From an uncultured Chloroflexia bacterium (lineage in GTDB: Bacteria > Chloroflexota > Chloroflexia > QHBQ01 > JADMIH01): a DNA stretch of 64,000 nt. This document shows positions 47,451-57,405 of the stretch, one piece after another. The notes under the pieces were generated by a model. The model searched no databases. It saw nothing but the letters and a program-made list of their open reading frames with translations, and was not told the origin of the DNA. Position 1 is the stretch's first letter; each line of letters begins with the position of its first letter. Location of the stretch: NCBI GenBank assembly GCA_963797095.1, contig CAWCNY010000003.1, positions 1,024,001 to 1,088,000 on the forward strand, given 5' to 3'. A program made the position numbers and the translations under genes.

Positions 47451-47569
47451 AGTAGTCGGTAGTCGGTAGTCGGAGGACAATGGACCGAGGCAACCAGGAA
47501 CCAGGAACCAGGAACCAGGAACCAGGAACCAGGAACCAGGAACCAGGAACTCGGAACTCGGAACTCCCC
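47451..47569. repeat. Composite heptamer-repeat element
   Basis: (GGTAGTC)x3, 20-nt linker, (AACCAGG)x8, (AACTCGG)x2. Confidence 0.9.
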
Positions 47570-47586
47570 AACAAGAGGCACAAACT

Positions 47587-48996
47587 ATGCCATCAATCCC
47601 CACCGGCGATATTGAACAATTCGATGCCATAGTGATCGGCGCGGGGCAGAGCGGCGGACCGCTTGCTTCTGCTATGGCGCGTGCGGGACGCCGCACCGCC
47701 ATCATCGAGCGCGATTCCGTGGGCGGAACCTGCATCAACTACGGTTGCACCCCCACCAAAACTATGGTCGCCAGCGCCCGCGTTGCCTACATGGCTCGCC
47801 GTGCCTCCGATTACGGGGTGCACACGGGCCGGGTGTCGGTCGATATGGAGAAGGTGCGCGCCCGCAAGCGCGACATGGTCGAGAGCTTCCGCGCCTCCAC
47901 CGAGCGCCGCATCGTATCCACCCCTGGCCTTGAGCTGATCTACGGTGAGGCCTCCTTCACCGGTCCCAAAACATTGCAGATAGCGCTCAAAGATGGCGGC
48001 GCGCGCCGGATGCGTGCCGACCTGATCTTCATCAACACCGGGGCCACCCCCGCGGTTCCCCCGCTGCCTGGCCTCGAAACTGTGCCCTACTTGAACTCCA
48101 CCACGATTATGGAGCTTGACATAATCCCTCGCCACCTGATCGTGCTCGGTGGCGGCTATACCGGCCTGGAGTTCGGCCAGATGTTCAGGCGCTTCGGCAG
48201 CCGCGTCACCATCATACAGCGAAGCGACCGCCTGATCGGGCGCGAGGACAAGGACGTAACCGGCGCGGTGGCCCAGATCCTCCAGGAGGACGGCATTGAC
48301 ATCCTGCTTAACACATCCGCCGTGCGCGTCACCCCCTATGGAAATAGCCGTCTCAGGGTGACAGTGCAAACGAAGGGAGAGAAGGCGCGCGGCATCACCG
48401 GCACCCACCTGCTGGTAGCCACCGGGCGCGCCCCCAACTCAGGCAGGCTCAACCTGCCGCTGGCCGAGGTCGAAACCGACTCGCAAGGCCATATCCCCGT
48501 GAACGAAAAGCTGGAAACCAACGTGCCCGGCATCTACGCTTTGGGCGACGTGAACGGCGGGCCTGAGTTCACCCATATCTCATACGACGATTATCGCATC
48601 CTACGTACCAACCTCCTCAAGGGGGGCAACGCCAGCACCAAAGACCGCCTGGTCCCCTACACCGTCTTTATAGACCCGCAACTTGGCAGGGTTGGCCTCA
48701 GCGAGGACGAAGCCCGCCGCCAGGGCCTCAAGGTGCGCGTAGCCAAAATGCCGATGGACTACGTGGCCCGCGCCGTCGAAGTAGGCGAAGATCGCGGCTT
48801 CATGAAGGCCATCGTGGACGCCGATTCAGACCGCATCCTCGGCTGCGCGGTGCTCGGCATGGAGGGCGGCGAGCTGATGGCGATGCTTGAGATAGCCATC
48901 CTGGGCAAGATCCCCTACACCGTCCTGAAAGAAGCCATCTTCGCCCATCCCACCCTCGCCGAGTCTCTCAACAATCTGTTCGGGTCCTTCCAGTAA
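47587..48996 (+). CDS. Pyridine nucleotide-disulfide oxidoreductase (mercuric-reductase-like/RclA-like)
   Basis: 'IGAGQSG', redox-active '[13 protein letters not shown]', 'GGGYTGLE', 'HPT'; lacks the C-terminal Cys-Cys of MerA. Confidence 0.9.
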   Translation: MPSIPTGDIEQFDAIVIGAGQSGGPLASAMARAGRRTAIIERDSVGGTCINYGCTPTKTMVASARVAYMARRASDYGVHTGRVSVDMEKVRARKRDMVESFRASTERRIVSTPGLELIYGEASFTGPKTLQIALKDGGARRMRADLIFINTGATPAVPPLPGLETVPYLNSTTIMELDIIPRHLIVLGGGYTGLEFGQMFRRFGSRVTIIQRSDRLIGREDKDVTGAVAQILQEDGIDILLNTSAVRVTPYGNSRLRVTVQTKGEKARGITGTHLLVATGRAPNSGRLNLPLAEVETDSQGHIPVNEKLETNVPGIYALGDVNGGPEFTHISYDDYRILRTNLLKGGNASTKDRLVPYTVFIDPQLGRVGLSEDEARRQGLKVRVAKMPMDYVARAVEVGEDRGFMKAIVDADSDRILGCAVLGMEGGELMAMLEIAILGKIPYTVLKEAIFAHPTLAESLNNLFGSFQ

Positions 48997-49847
48997 TGAT
49001 CGTCCTTTCCCATTACGAGGTGCGGCCTCTTCTGGACGATAGACAAAAGGCCCTGGACTATGGGCAGGCGGCGATTTCGCCCGACCTGGGCCTCTCCACA
49101 GTTTCGGTGAGCCTGGATACCGTAGGCATCACCTTCCCCACAGGCGAGACCCTTAGCTGGCACGCTCTCGATGAGATCGCCCGCTCCCATACCAAGTGCT
49201 TCTCCCTCGATAAAGATGGCGCTACCGAGATCCGCGTCTTTTCGGATGTTACGGGCCGCGTTTGCAGCCTCTACCCCACCGGGGGTGCGCCTACGATGGT
49301 GATCGGCGGCTTCCCCATGCACAGGATCAAGGGCACCGACCCCCACCGCGACACCCTCGAAAAAGTGCAGGCCATAGCCCCAATAGTTGGGCGCTTGCTC
49401 GATACCACCACCGGTCTCGGCTACACCGCCATCGAAGCCGCCCGCACCCCCACCTCCCAGGCCGTAACCACCGTAGAATTAGACCCCGCCTCCCTCGAGG
49501 TGGCCAGCCAAAACCCCTGGTCCCAGGAGCTTTTCGCCAACCCCAAGATCAACCAGCTTGTGGGCGATAGCTATGACCTGATCCGCACCTTCCCCGACAA
49601 CTCTTTCGCCCGCATAATCCACGACCCGCCCACCTTCAGCCTGGCTGGCGACCTCTATTCGGGCGAGTTCTACCGCCAGTGCTATCGCGTGCTGGCGAGC
49701 GGTGGCCGCCTCTTCCACTACATAGGCAACCTCGAAAGCGGCGCTGGCAATCAGATAAGCCGGGGCGCGATCCGCCGCCTCAAAGAGGCAGGCTTCGCCC
49801 GCGTAGTGCCCAGGCAGCAGGCCTTCGGGGTAGTAGCTTTCAAATAG
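48996..49847 (+). CDS. Spermidine-synthase-like SAM-dependent methyltransferase
   Basis: '[12 protein letters not shown]', 'NPWS', '[15 protein letters not shown]', 'FHYIG'. Confidence 0.82.
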   Translation: MIVLSHYEVRPLLDDRQKALDYGQAAISPDLGLSTVSVSLDTVGITFPTGETLSWHALDEIARSHTKCFSLDKDGATEIRVFSDVTGRVCSLYPTGGAPTMVIGGFPMHRIKGTDPHRDTLEKVQAIAPIVGRLLDTTTGLGYTAIEAARTPTSQAVTTVELDPASLEVASQNPWSQELFANPKINQLVGDSYDLIRTFPDNSFARIIHDPPTFSLAGDLYSGEFYRQCYRVLASGGRLFHYIGNLESGAGNQISRGAIRRLKEAGFARVVPRQQAFGVVAFK

Positions 49848-49904
49848 ATCTCCGGCATACGGAGGAACGAAAAAGCATGAAATACCCACAGACTAATTCT
49901 TGTT

Positions 49905-49943
49905 ACCTTCGTGCCCTTCGACTTCCTCCGCTTCTTCGTGTAC
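49905..49943 (+). repeat. CTTCGTG-type interspersed repeat, copy upstream of psuG
   Basis: accttcgtgcccttcgacttcctccgcttcttcgtgtac resembles the copies at 52642 and 53323. Confidence 0.7.
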
Positions 49944-49980
49944 CGGTCCTGGAAGCTTGTTAGCCCAACTCCTATAGGTT

Positions 49981-50931
49981 ATGCTTAAGCCCATGAACAG
50001 AGAGCTAATGGACCTGATGGTCTACTCGCCTGAAGTGGCGGCGGCGCTCAATATGCACCGCCCGCCGGTGGCCCTCGAATCTACCGTGATCGCGCATGGC
50101 CTTCCTCACCCCCTCAACCTGGAAGTGGCCTACAACATGGAGGCGCGCATTCGTGATGGCGGAGCCGTCCCTGCCACCATCGCCATCCTCGACGGCAAAA
50201 TACACGTGGGCCTCACTCCCGACGAGCTTGAGCGCATCGGCACCGCCCACGATATCGCCAAAGCCAGCCTGCGCGACCTCCCCATCCTCCTTGCTCGCGG
50301 CGGCAACGGGGCCACCACCGTCTCCTCCACAGCCCACCTCGCCCACCTCGCCGGCATACGGGTCTTCGCCACAGGCGGCATCGGGGGTGTGCATCGCGGC
50401 TGGGAGAGCACCCTCGATATCTCAGCCGATCTCCCCGCTCTCGCCCACACCCCCGTCCTCACCATCTGCGCCGGGGCCAAATCTGTGCTCGACCTCCCCG
50501 CCACCCTCGAATGGCTAGAAACCCACGGCGTGCCCGTCCTCGGCTACGGCACCAATCACTTCCCCGCCTTCTACACCCGCTCCACCGACCCGCCTCTCCC
50601 CGTAGATGCCCGCGTGGACTCCCCATCCGAGGTCGCAGCGATCTACAAGATGCGCCTCCGCCTGGGGTTCGAGGGCGGCATTCTCCTCTGCCAGCCTTTG
50701 CCGGAGGAGGTTGCGCTGGACAACTCCCTTGTAGAGCGTGCCATTCGTTCCGCCCTCCAACAGGCCACCGAGCAGGCCATCAAAGGTCGCGCCGTCACCC
50801 CTTTCCTCCTGAGCGCCCTCTCCCGCGCCACCGAAGGCCGCTCCCTTCAAGCCAACCAGGCTCTTCTCGAAAATAACGCTTCCCTGGCCGCCCTCATAAG
50901 CGAGGCGGTCACCTCAACCCGCTATGTCTGA
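49981..50931 (+). CDS. psuG: Pseudouridine-5'-phosphate glycosidase
   Basis: 'VALESTVIAHGLP', 'ATTVS', 'FATGGIGGVHRG', 'DISADL', 'GAKSVLD', 'TPFLL'; the start may be up to 36 nt downstream. Confidence 0.96.
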   Translation: MLKPMNRELMDLMVYSPEVAAALNMHRPPVALESTVIAHGLPHPLNLEVAYNMEARIRDGGAVPATIAILDGKIHVGLTPDELERIGTAHDIAKASLRDLPILLARGGNGATTVSSTAHLAHLAGIRVFATGGIGGVHRGWESTLDISADLPALAHTPVLTICAGAKSVLDLPATLEWLETHGVPVLGYGTNHFPAFYTRSTDPPLPVDARVDSPSEVAAIYKMRLRLGFEGGILLCQPLPEEVALDNSLVERAIRSALQQATEQAIKGRAVTPFLLSALSRATEGRSLQANQALLENNASLAALISEAVTSTRYV

Positions 50932-51649
50932 CAAGCGATCCGCACGCGAAGTGGTACAGGTGAGTGCCTCCAATTCACCTTCAGACCGGATTGCCGTCTA
51001 TCTAGAAATCGGCAAGAAGCGCACCCTGGCGGGCGCTCTCGACTGGCCCGGCTGGTGCCGGGGTGGGCGCGACGAGGAAACGGCTTTGCACACCCTCCTT
51101 GATTATGCCCCGCGCTATGAGCGTGTACTCCACGCCGCAGGGATCGCCTTCCACCCTCCACCGGATATTGCCGCCCTCACCGTGGCCGAGCGACTCGAAG
51201 GCAACACCACCACCGATTTTGGCGCGCCCAACGTCCCCCCTCTGGCCGATACCGCGCCTGTAGACGACGCCGAATTACAACGCTTGCAAAGACTTATGAA
51301 AGCGTGCTGGCAGGCGCTCGACGCCGCCTCGCAGGCTGCCTACGGCAAAGAGCTGCGCAAAGGGCCGCGAGGCGGAGGGCGCGACCTGTACGACATCGTC
51401 CGGCATGTGATGGATGCCGAGTCCGGCTACCTGGCGCGCCTCGGCGCGAAACTCTCCCCTCATGGATATAAGGACCACTCGGAGCAAAGGCGTGAGTTCA
51501 TTCTGGACGCCCTGGCTGCGGCGGCTCGCGGCGAGTTCCCCGCGCAGGGGCCGCGTGGGGGCGCTCGCTGGACCCTTCGCTGCTTCGTGCGCCGCGCCGC
51601 CTGGCACATACTCGACCACGCCTGGGAGATCGAGGACCGCATAATATGA
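50924..51649 (+). CDS. Conserved hypothetical protein (HicB-like N-terminus, DinB-like C-terminus)
   Basis: 'ALDWPGWCRGG', 'IVRHVMDAE', 'AWHILDHAWEIEDR'. Confidence 0.7.
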   Translation: MSDKRSAREVVQVSASNSPSDRIAVYLEIGKKRTLAGALDWPGWCRGGRDEETALHTLLDYAPRYERVLHAAGIAFHPPPDIAALTVAERLEGNTTTDFGAPNVPPLADTAPVDDAELQRLQRLMKACWQALDAASQAAYGKELRKGPRGGGRDLYDIVRHVMDAESGYLARLGAKLSPHGYKDHSEQRREFILDALAAAARGEFPAQGPRGGARWTLRCFVRRAAWHILDHAWEIEDRII

Positions 51650-52569
51650 ACATCCTCTCCCTCGGCGATCTCCTGCTCGATGTCGTAATTCGCTACGACC
51701 CCTCCACCGGCGAGGCCGACGCTGGCGCAGACGCAGTCCAGCTATGGCCGGGCGGCTCGGCTGCCAATTTCGCGGTGTGGGCCGCCAGGGGCGGGGCCAG
51801 CGTCGGCTTCATCAGCAGGGTGGGCCGCGACTGGTCGGGTGATATGCTCATGCGCTCGCTGGAAGTCGAGCACGTGACCCCATACGTGCGCATCATCGAC
51901 GGCACCGCCACCGGCCGGGTGCTGGTGATGGTGGACCCCGCTGGCGTGCGCCGGATGTGGTCCTATCCCGGCGCTAGCGCCTCCATCGCCGCCGACGACC
52001 TAGACCCGGCCTGGTTCCGCGACCTCTCCGCCTTCCACCTGACCGGCTACTCGCTCCTGCGCGATGGCCCTCGCGATGCTGCCCTCCGTGCCCTGGAGCG
52101 TGCCAGGGTCAGCGGCCCCACTCTCTGTACCCTCGACCCCAACCCTCCCCACCTCATCGTTGACTTCGGTCCTGCCCGCTATCGCGATCTCTTGCGCGAC
52201 CTGCAATTCCATGCCATCTTCCCCAACCTCGAAGAAGGCCATCTCCTCTCAGGTGAAACCGACCCCCAGCGAATCGCGGCCAACCTCCTTGAGATCGCTC
52301 CTCTGGTAGTGCTCACCATGGGAGCGAGCGGCTGCCTTGTAGCCGACCGGGGCGACTCCTTCTTCCGGCCACCCGCCACGAACCCCGCCCCCCAGTTTGT
52401 GAAAGTCGACGCCTACGCAGTCGAGCAAGTGGTCGATACCACGGGCGCGGGCGATGCCTTCGCGGCGGCCTTTGTGCTAGAATACCTTCGTACCCACGAT
52501 CCCCAGGCCGCGGCCCAATCCGCCAATCGCCAGGCCGCGGAAGTAGTAACCAGCCTGGGCGCACGCTGA
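51646..52569 (+). CDS. PfkB family kinase (candidate pseudouridine kinase)
   Basis: 'GGSAAN', 'VGRD', 'DTTGAGDAF'; co-operonic with psuG. Confidence 0.9.
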   Translation: MNILSLGDLLLDVVIRYDPSTGEADAGADAVQLWPGGSAANFAVWAARGGASVGFISRVGRDWSGDMLMRSLEVEHVTPYVRIIDGTATGRVLVMVDPAGVRRMWSYPGASASIAADDLDPAWFRDLSAFHLTGYSLLRDGPRDAALRALERARVSGPTLCTLDPNPPHLIVDFGPARYRDLLRDLQFHAIFPNLEEGHLLSGETDPQRIAANLLEIAPLVVLTMGASGCLVADRGDSFFRPPATNPAPQFVKVDAYAVEQVVDTTGAGDAFAAAFVLEYLRTHDPQAAAQSANRQAAEVVTSLGAR

Positions 52570-52725
52570 CCCCACCGGCCAACCAATAAGCAACAAGCAA
52601 TACCAGGAGCCTCAGACCTCAACCCAAGAAATCTCAAAGAACCCTTCGTGCCCTTCGCCCGACTTCGCCCCTTCGTGTACAAGAAAACCCAAACCGCAAT
52701 ACGCAATACGCAGTAAATACCCCCC

Positions 52726-53232
52726 ATGCCCCCCAACGACCCCATCACAACCGAACAATCACCCAGCCGAGGCCACACCCGCAGGCCACCCCTCGCCGAG
52801 ATCAACTCATGGGAGTTATGGCAGGCGTGGCGGCGAGGCGAGCGCGCTCTCGTTCTCCCCTGGCTTGGCCTCCTCGCCGGCTTCTCGGTGGTGCTTTCGG
52901 CCATGTACTCCTTCTTCTTCGTTTCAAGCGTCCTCAGCCAGGACACAATTGCACCCATCGCCCTGCTTGTGGTTTACGTCGGCTTCCTCTTCTGGGTGTG
53001 GCGTCGCATATCGCCCAGGCGTGGTTTCGCGCTCGCCGTCGTTGGCGCGATGGTAGCCGTGTCGACCCTCGCCTTCGGCCTCTGGTTCGCCGCCTACTGG
53101 CTGCTCAACTGGAACATCTGGGCAGGCATATTCGGGACCGCCATCCTCGGCCTGCTCGGTCTGGCAATCGCCCTCCCCGGCCTCAACACAATGGCCGCCA
53201 ACCAACAGCCCACAGCCAGTAACAAGCAGTAA
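52726..53232 (+). CDS. Hypothetical membrane protein (about 4 TM)
   Basis: Four hydrophobic segments; fills the gap between co-oriented genes. Confidence 0.7.
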   Translation: MPPNDPITTEQSPSRGHTRRPPLAEINSWELWQAWRRGERALVLPWLGLLAGFSVVLSAMYSFFFVSSVLSQDTIAPIALLVVYVGFLFWVWRRISPRRGFALAVVGAMVAVSTLAFGLWFAAYWLLNWNIWAGIFGTAILGLLGLAIALPGLNTMAANQQPTASNKQ

Positions 53233-53320
53233 GCAGTAAGCAGTAAGCAATACGCAGTACGCAACACGCAATACGCAATACGCAGTACGCAGTACGTAGT
53301 ACGTAGTACGCAATACCAAT
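53205..53320. repeat. Heptamer tandem array
   Basis: (CAGTAAG)x3 grading into (TACGCAR)n and (TACGTAG)x2. Confidence 0.88.
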
Positions 53321-53402
53321 AATCCTTCGTACCCTTTGCCCTCCTTCGCTTCTTCGTGTACAAGAAACCCAAACCATAATGCGCAACACTCCAAGGAGCA
53401 CA

Positions 53403-54305
53403 ATGCAGAGCCTACTTCAATGCATCCCCAACTTCAGCGAGGGCCAGCGCAAAGATGTGATCGACAAGGTCGCCGGTGCCGTGCGCTCGGTTGAGGGCGT
53501 GCGCCTGCTCGATATCTCCCCCAACGCCGACCACAACCGCACCGTCCTTACCTTCGTGGGGCCTCCCGATGCCGTTGCCGAAGCCGCATTCGCCGCCACC
53601 GCCAGGGCGGTCGAATTGATCGATATGGAGCAACATAAGGGCGAGCACCCCCGTATCGGCGCTATGGATGTGGTGCCCTTCGTGCCGATCTCCGGCATAA
53701 CCATGGAGGATGCCGTGAAGGTCGCCAACCGGGTGGGCAAGCGGATCGCGGACGAGCTTGGAGTGCCTGTCTATCTCTATTCGGCGGCGGCCGCCACCCC
53801 TGCCCGCAAGCGTCTGCCTGATGTGCGCCAGGGTCAGTACGAGGGGCTGAAAGAGAGCATTACCCGTCCTGATCGCAAGCCCGATTACGGCGACTCAATG
53901 CTGCACCCAACCGCCGGGGCCACCGCCGTAGGTGCTCGTCCTCCCCTGATCGCTTTCAACGTGAACCTGGGCACTCCCAACCTGCAAATCGCGAAGGCCA
54001 TAGCCAAAGGCGTGCGCGAGAGCAGTGGTGGCCTGATGAACGTCCAGGCCCTCGGCGTTGACCTCGCCGAACAGGGGATCGTGCAGGTTTCCATGAATCT
54101 GCTGGACTACACGAAAACCCCCATCCACCGCGCCTATGAGCTTGTGCGCCTGGAAGCCGAACGCTACGGCGTGCCCGTGGTCGCCAGCGAGATAGTCGGC
54201 CTCCTCCCCCTCGATGCCCTCCTCGGCGTCGCCGGCTTTTACCTTCGCCTGGACGGATTCAGCCGCAACCAGGTGCTGGAAGCTCGTTTGCTTGAAGAGG
54301 AATAA
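53403..54305 (+). CDS. ftcD: Glutamate formiminotransferase
   Basis: 'CIPNFSEG', 'DHNRTV', '[16 protein letters not shown]', 'GAR..LIAFN', 'QVSMNL'. Confidence 0.95.
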   Translation: MQSLLQCIPNFSEGQRKDVIDKVAGAVRSVEGVRLLDISPNADHNRTVLTFVGPPDAVAEAAFAATARAVELIDMEQHKGEHPRIGAMDVVPFVPISGITMEDAVKVANRVGKRIADELGVPVYLYSAAAATPARKRLPDVRQGQYEGLKESITRPDRKPDYGDSMLHPTAGATAVGARPPLIAFNVNLGTPNLQIAKAIAKGVRESSGGLMNVQALGVDLAEQGIVQVSMNLLDYTKTPIHRAYELVRLEAERYGVPVVASEIVGLLPLDALLGVAGFYLRLDGFSRNQVLEARLLEEE

Positions 54306-54328
54306 GATCTACCTGTAGGAGCGCTGTT

Positions 54329-54805
54329 ATGCCGAATATTGGAGAAATGGCCCCCGACTTTGAATTGCTGGACGACGAGGGCAAAACCGTTAAACTATCC
54401 GATTTCCGAGGTAAGAGAGTTGTCCTCTACTTCTACCCTGCGGACTTCACAAGCGGTTGCGAGCTTCAAGCCTGTAAGTTCCGCGACGGCTACCCCCAGA
54501 TCGAGGATGCAAATGCGGTAGTTCTCGGAGTCAGCCCCGACACCATCGATAGCCACCGCAGGTTCCGCGAGGCTCACAACCTCCCCTTCCACCTACTCGT
54601 AGATAGCGACCGTTCCCTGGCGAATGCCTGGGGCAACACAAGTACAGTCACCCGCGAAGATGGCAGCGAAGCCGCACGCTACGTGCGCGGCCAGTACATT
54701 ATTGACGAGGATGGCAGGCTCATCGCCGCCCAATCCCCTGTGCAAGCTCCCCAAAGCCTGCGGATGGCCCTGGAGGGCCTGGGGATAGAACAGGAGAGCA
54801 CATAA
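54329..54805 (+). CDS. bcp: Peroxiredoxin, Bcp/PrxQ family
   Basis: 'APDF', '[17 protein letters not shown]'. Confidence 0.9.
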   Translation: MPNIGEMAPDFELLDDEGKTVKLSDFRGKRVVLYFYPADFTSGCELQACKFRDGYPQIEDANAVVLGVSPDTIDSHRRFREAHNLPFHLLVDSDRSLANAWGNTSTVTREDGSEAARYVRGQYIIDEDGRLIAAQSPVQAPQSLRMALEGLGIEQEST

Positions 54806-54984
54806 GATAATTACTTGCACACCCACCGTATTCCACGGATAGTATACAATATGCGTATGCCGGACGAATACTTGACCCGCGCCGTGGCAAAAGGCAACCC
54901 CACGATGAAGATCGCCTTACAGGTGCGGCCTTATGCTGCCCTGGTGCAAGCCACGCGGACTTCGCTGCCGGACGACACCTTTGG

Positions 54985-55248
54985 GGCGCTGATCGGCCCA
55001 ACCCCGGGTTTCCACTTCCCGACGCAAGGGTTCCAGCACCCCAAGCGCGGCGGATGGGTCACCCTGGGCGACAAGCACATGTGCCTGGCTGAGCGGGAGT
55101 TCATATTGCTCGGCCAGTTGAGCGGCTGCGTCTACCTGGCCCTGCTGAATCAGGGTCAAGACCTGGACGGCGGCAATCGCCGGCAGCCGCCAGGTGAAGT
55201 TCCTCTCGCATGCAGACTGTTGCGCCTGCGCCAACATTGCTGCTGCCC
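54985..55248 (-). pseudogene. Fragment of a MalT-like/LuxR family regulator
   Basis: 'AAAQLAEQYELPLSQAHVLVAQGDPSAALGVLEPLRREVETRGWAD' is an internal TPR-like segment with no gene ends. Confidence 0.5.
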
Positions 55249-55249
55249 C

Positions 55250-55591
55250 ACTTACATCGCTAGATGGCCTAAACCCAAGTCGGCACAGTCGCTCGATCCC
55301 CTGTGGGTGAGCCAAAAGGGCGGGGCCTTGACTACATCAGCAATGGGCATGGGCGTAGCGGGGGCTGATGGCCGAACTTGTTAAGGCGGCAGGCAAGCTA
55401 GTTGCACGCGAGACCACAGCTCATTCTATGCGCCACACCTTTGCGCGTAGCTATCTGTCTCAATACCCGGAGATCTGGTTGGTCTAGCAACATTGCTCGG
55501 ACACAGCTCCCTTGATACGACCCGCCTCTACAGCCAACCCGCCGTGTCGCAACTGGCAGTGCGTGTCGAAAGGCTCTCCCTCAATGCCTAA
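55250..55591 (+). pseudogene. Tyrosine recombinase C-terminal remnant
   Basis: Across frameshifts: 'PLWVSQKGG.LT', 'AHSMRHTFA', 'LATLLGHSSLDTTRLY'. Confidence 0.82.
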
Positions 55592-55637
55592 TCAAGATGA
55601 CAAAGCTAAGGAAGGCAACGAAGGTGGCAGCGGCAGA

Positions 55638-56015
55638 TCAGGCCTTGATCGAAGTGGCCGGAACGCACTTCTGCACAAGGTCTAAAAGCTCCTCAATTGC
55701 GAAGGGCTTGGGCAAGAAGGCCTTTGGCTTGAACTGCTGCAGGCGCTTCTCATCAGGCGTGAAGCCGGAAATCACAATTATCGGTACATCGCTGGTTACC
55801 GACTCCAGCCAATCAGCGACGTTCCAGCCTGTGGCATCGGGCAAGTTGATGTCGAGCACCATCAGGTTGGGCTTGATCGTCATTTTGTCAATAGCCTCAC
55901 GAAAATTGCCTGCTTGAAATACCATGTAGCCTGCTGCCTGAAGGCCGCGAGCGATCATACTGCGAAGATCGGCATCGTCTTCCACCAATAAAATGAAAGG
56001 TTGTTGAGAGATCAT
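55638..56015 (-). CDS. Single-domain response regulator
   Basis: 'ILLVEDD', 'VLDINLPD', 'ISG', 'LPKPF'; no output domain. Confidence 0.9.
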   Translation of the reverse strand: MISQQPFILLVEDDADLRSMIARGLQAAGYMVFQAGNFREAIDKMTIKPNLMVLDINLPDATGWNVADWLESVTSDVPIIVISGFTPDEKRLQQFKPKAFLPKPFAIEELLDLVQKCVPATSIKA

Positions 56016-56056
56016 ATCAAACTCCTTGTGGTAGCTAGTGGCTCAAGGTTCAACCC

Positions 56057-57367
56057 TCAAGTTTCCAGGTTCGAGGTAGCGGTAACCAGGTCGGATCTTG
56101 AACCCTGCTCGTTTGCTTGTACAGGCAAGGTAAAGGCAAATACTGCCCCGCCGCCAGGTTGGTTGGCTGCGCTTACCTGCCCGCCGTGAGCTTCAATTAT
56201 GCCTTTGACGATTGCCAGCCCCAGGCCCCAACCTCTCGTGCCAATTGTGCCAATCGAACTGCCCTCACTGATTGCACTTGCGCTACCCGCATTACCAGCA
56301 TTACCTGCTCCGTCTAAGCTTCCAGATCTGGGTGCCTTACCGGCTGTGATACGGTAGAAGCGCTCGAACATATGGGGTAGGCTCTCGCGTGGGATGCCCG
56401 GCCCTTCGTCGGCAACCTGCACCTCCACGACCCCATCTCCGATGAGCGGGGTGCCCTCTGGGCCGAAGGACGAAGGACGGAGACCTATCGTCCTCCGGTA
56501 GTGAGCACTCAGATGAACAGGGGTACCAGGAGGCGTATATCTGGCAGCGTTCTCCAGCAGGTTCGTCAACACTTCGTCTATCTCCACGGCGTCCATCGGC
56601 ACCGGAGGAAGAGTGGGATCTAGCTTGGTATCCACCGGATGTTCCGAGAGTACCGGTCGGAGACGCTCAACCACCGTTTCGATGACGTCGCCTATCTGAT
56701 GCAGCTCTTTGTTCAGCCTTAGATGCCCCTGCTCTATACGAGACATGTCGAGCAGATTACTCACCAAATGATTGATATGGTCTACCTGTGCCGGAATGAC
56801 CTGCAGGATCTCCCGCCTGTCCTCATTGCTCCACGACAGGCGAGGATCGAGCAGGTTGGTGGCAGCCGTCTTTATCGTCGTGAGGGGCGTGCGCAGGTCG
56901 TGGGCTACAGCCGATAGGAGCGCCACCCGCAAAGCATCCGTCCGACGCAGCACCTCAGCCTGAACCGCTGCCTGCTGGCCGCGGCGCGCTTCCTCGGCTT
57001 CGCGGCGCAGACCCGCCACCAGTTGGCTGGTGAGAATAGCCATCCCCAGCAAGACAATCAGGGCCAGCACATCCTGAAACGAGGCCACTGTAAAGGTGAA
57101 GCGAGGCTCTGTGAAGAAGAAGTTCGCAGTCAGGAACGACAGCAGAGAGGCCAGCATACCCTGACCCAGCCCCCAGCCTACCGCCACGCCAACCACAACC
57201 AGCAGGTAGACCAAATTGACCGTGCCTAGATTGACAACCGGCTGAGCTACCCAAAGTACGGCTGTAGCAATGGCCACTCCTATCACCGCTACGACATAGC
57301 CAAGCGGTCCGTACCAGGGTGGACGCCTGGTCGGGCGGAAAGGTAGCGCAACAAAATCCCTCATCAT
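56057..57367 (-). CDS. KdpD-type membrane histidine kinase (C-terminal half, no GAF)
   Basis: 4-TM DUF4118-like 'NFFFTEPRFTF', 'AHDLRTPLT', 'NLLENAARYTP', 'DEGPGI', 'GLGLAIVKG'. Confidence 0.88.
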   Translation of the reverse strand: MMRDFVALPFRPTRRPPWYGPLGYVVAVIGVAIATAVLWVAQPVVNLGTVNLVYLLVVVGVAVGWGLGQGMLASLLSFLTANFFFTEPRFTFTVASFQDVLALIVLLGMAILTSQLVAGLRREAEEARRGQQAAVQAEVLRRTDALRVALLSAVAHDLRTPLTTIKTAATNLLDPRLSWSNEDRREILQVIPAQVDHINHLVSNLLDMSRIEQGHLRLNKELHQIGDVIETVVERLRPVLSEHPVDTKLDPTLPPVPMDAVEIDEVLTNLLENAARYTPPGTPVHLSAHYRRTIGLRPSSFGPEGTPLIGDGVVEVQVADEGPGIPRESLPHMFERFYRITAGKAPRSGSLDGAGNAGNAGSASAISEGSSIGTIGTRGWGLGLAIVKGIIEAHGGQVSAANQPGGGAVFAFTLPVQANEQGSRSDLVTATSNLET

Positions 57368-57405
57368 TACTCATCTGCTTCCTGGTTTACTGATTTCTTG
57401 GTTTC

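Larger units (their letters stand above)
52642..53389 (+). repeat. ~65-bp imperfect direct repeats flanking a membrane protein gene
   Basis: 52642-52709 and 53323-53389 share CCTTCGT.CCCTT.GCCC..CTTCGC..CTTCGTGTACAAGAAA(A)CCCAAACC. Confidence 0.8.

Noticed and set aside
47451-47569. CRISPR array (also considered for 6704, 53205 and 60101)
   Set aside because: Units are 7-nt tandem repeats without unique 30-40 nt spacers, and no cas genes are present
47587-48996. True mercuric reductase merA
   Set aside because: No C-terminal Cys-Cys pair, no N-terminal metal-binding domain and no mer genes nearby
54815-55384. 189-aa plus-strand ORF as a real gene
   Set aside because: It is a chimera of antisense regulator fragment and part of the integrase remnant
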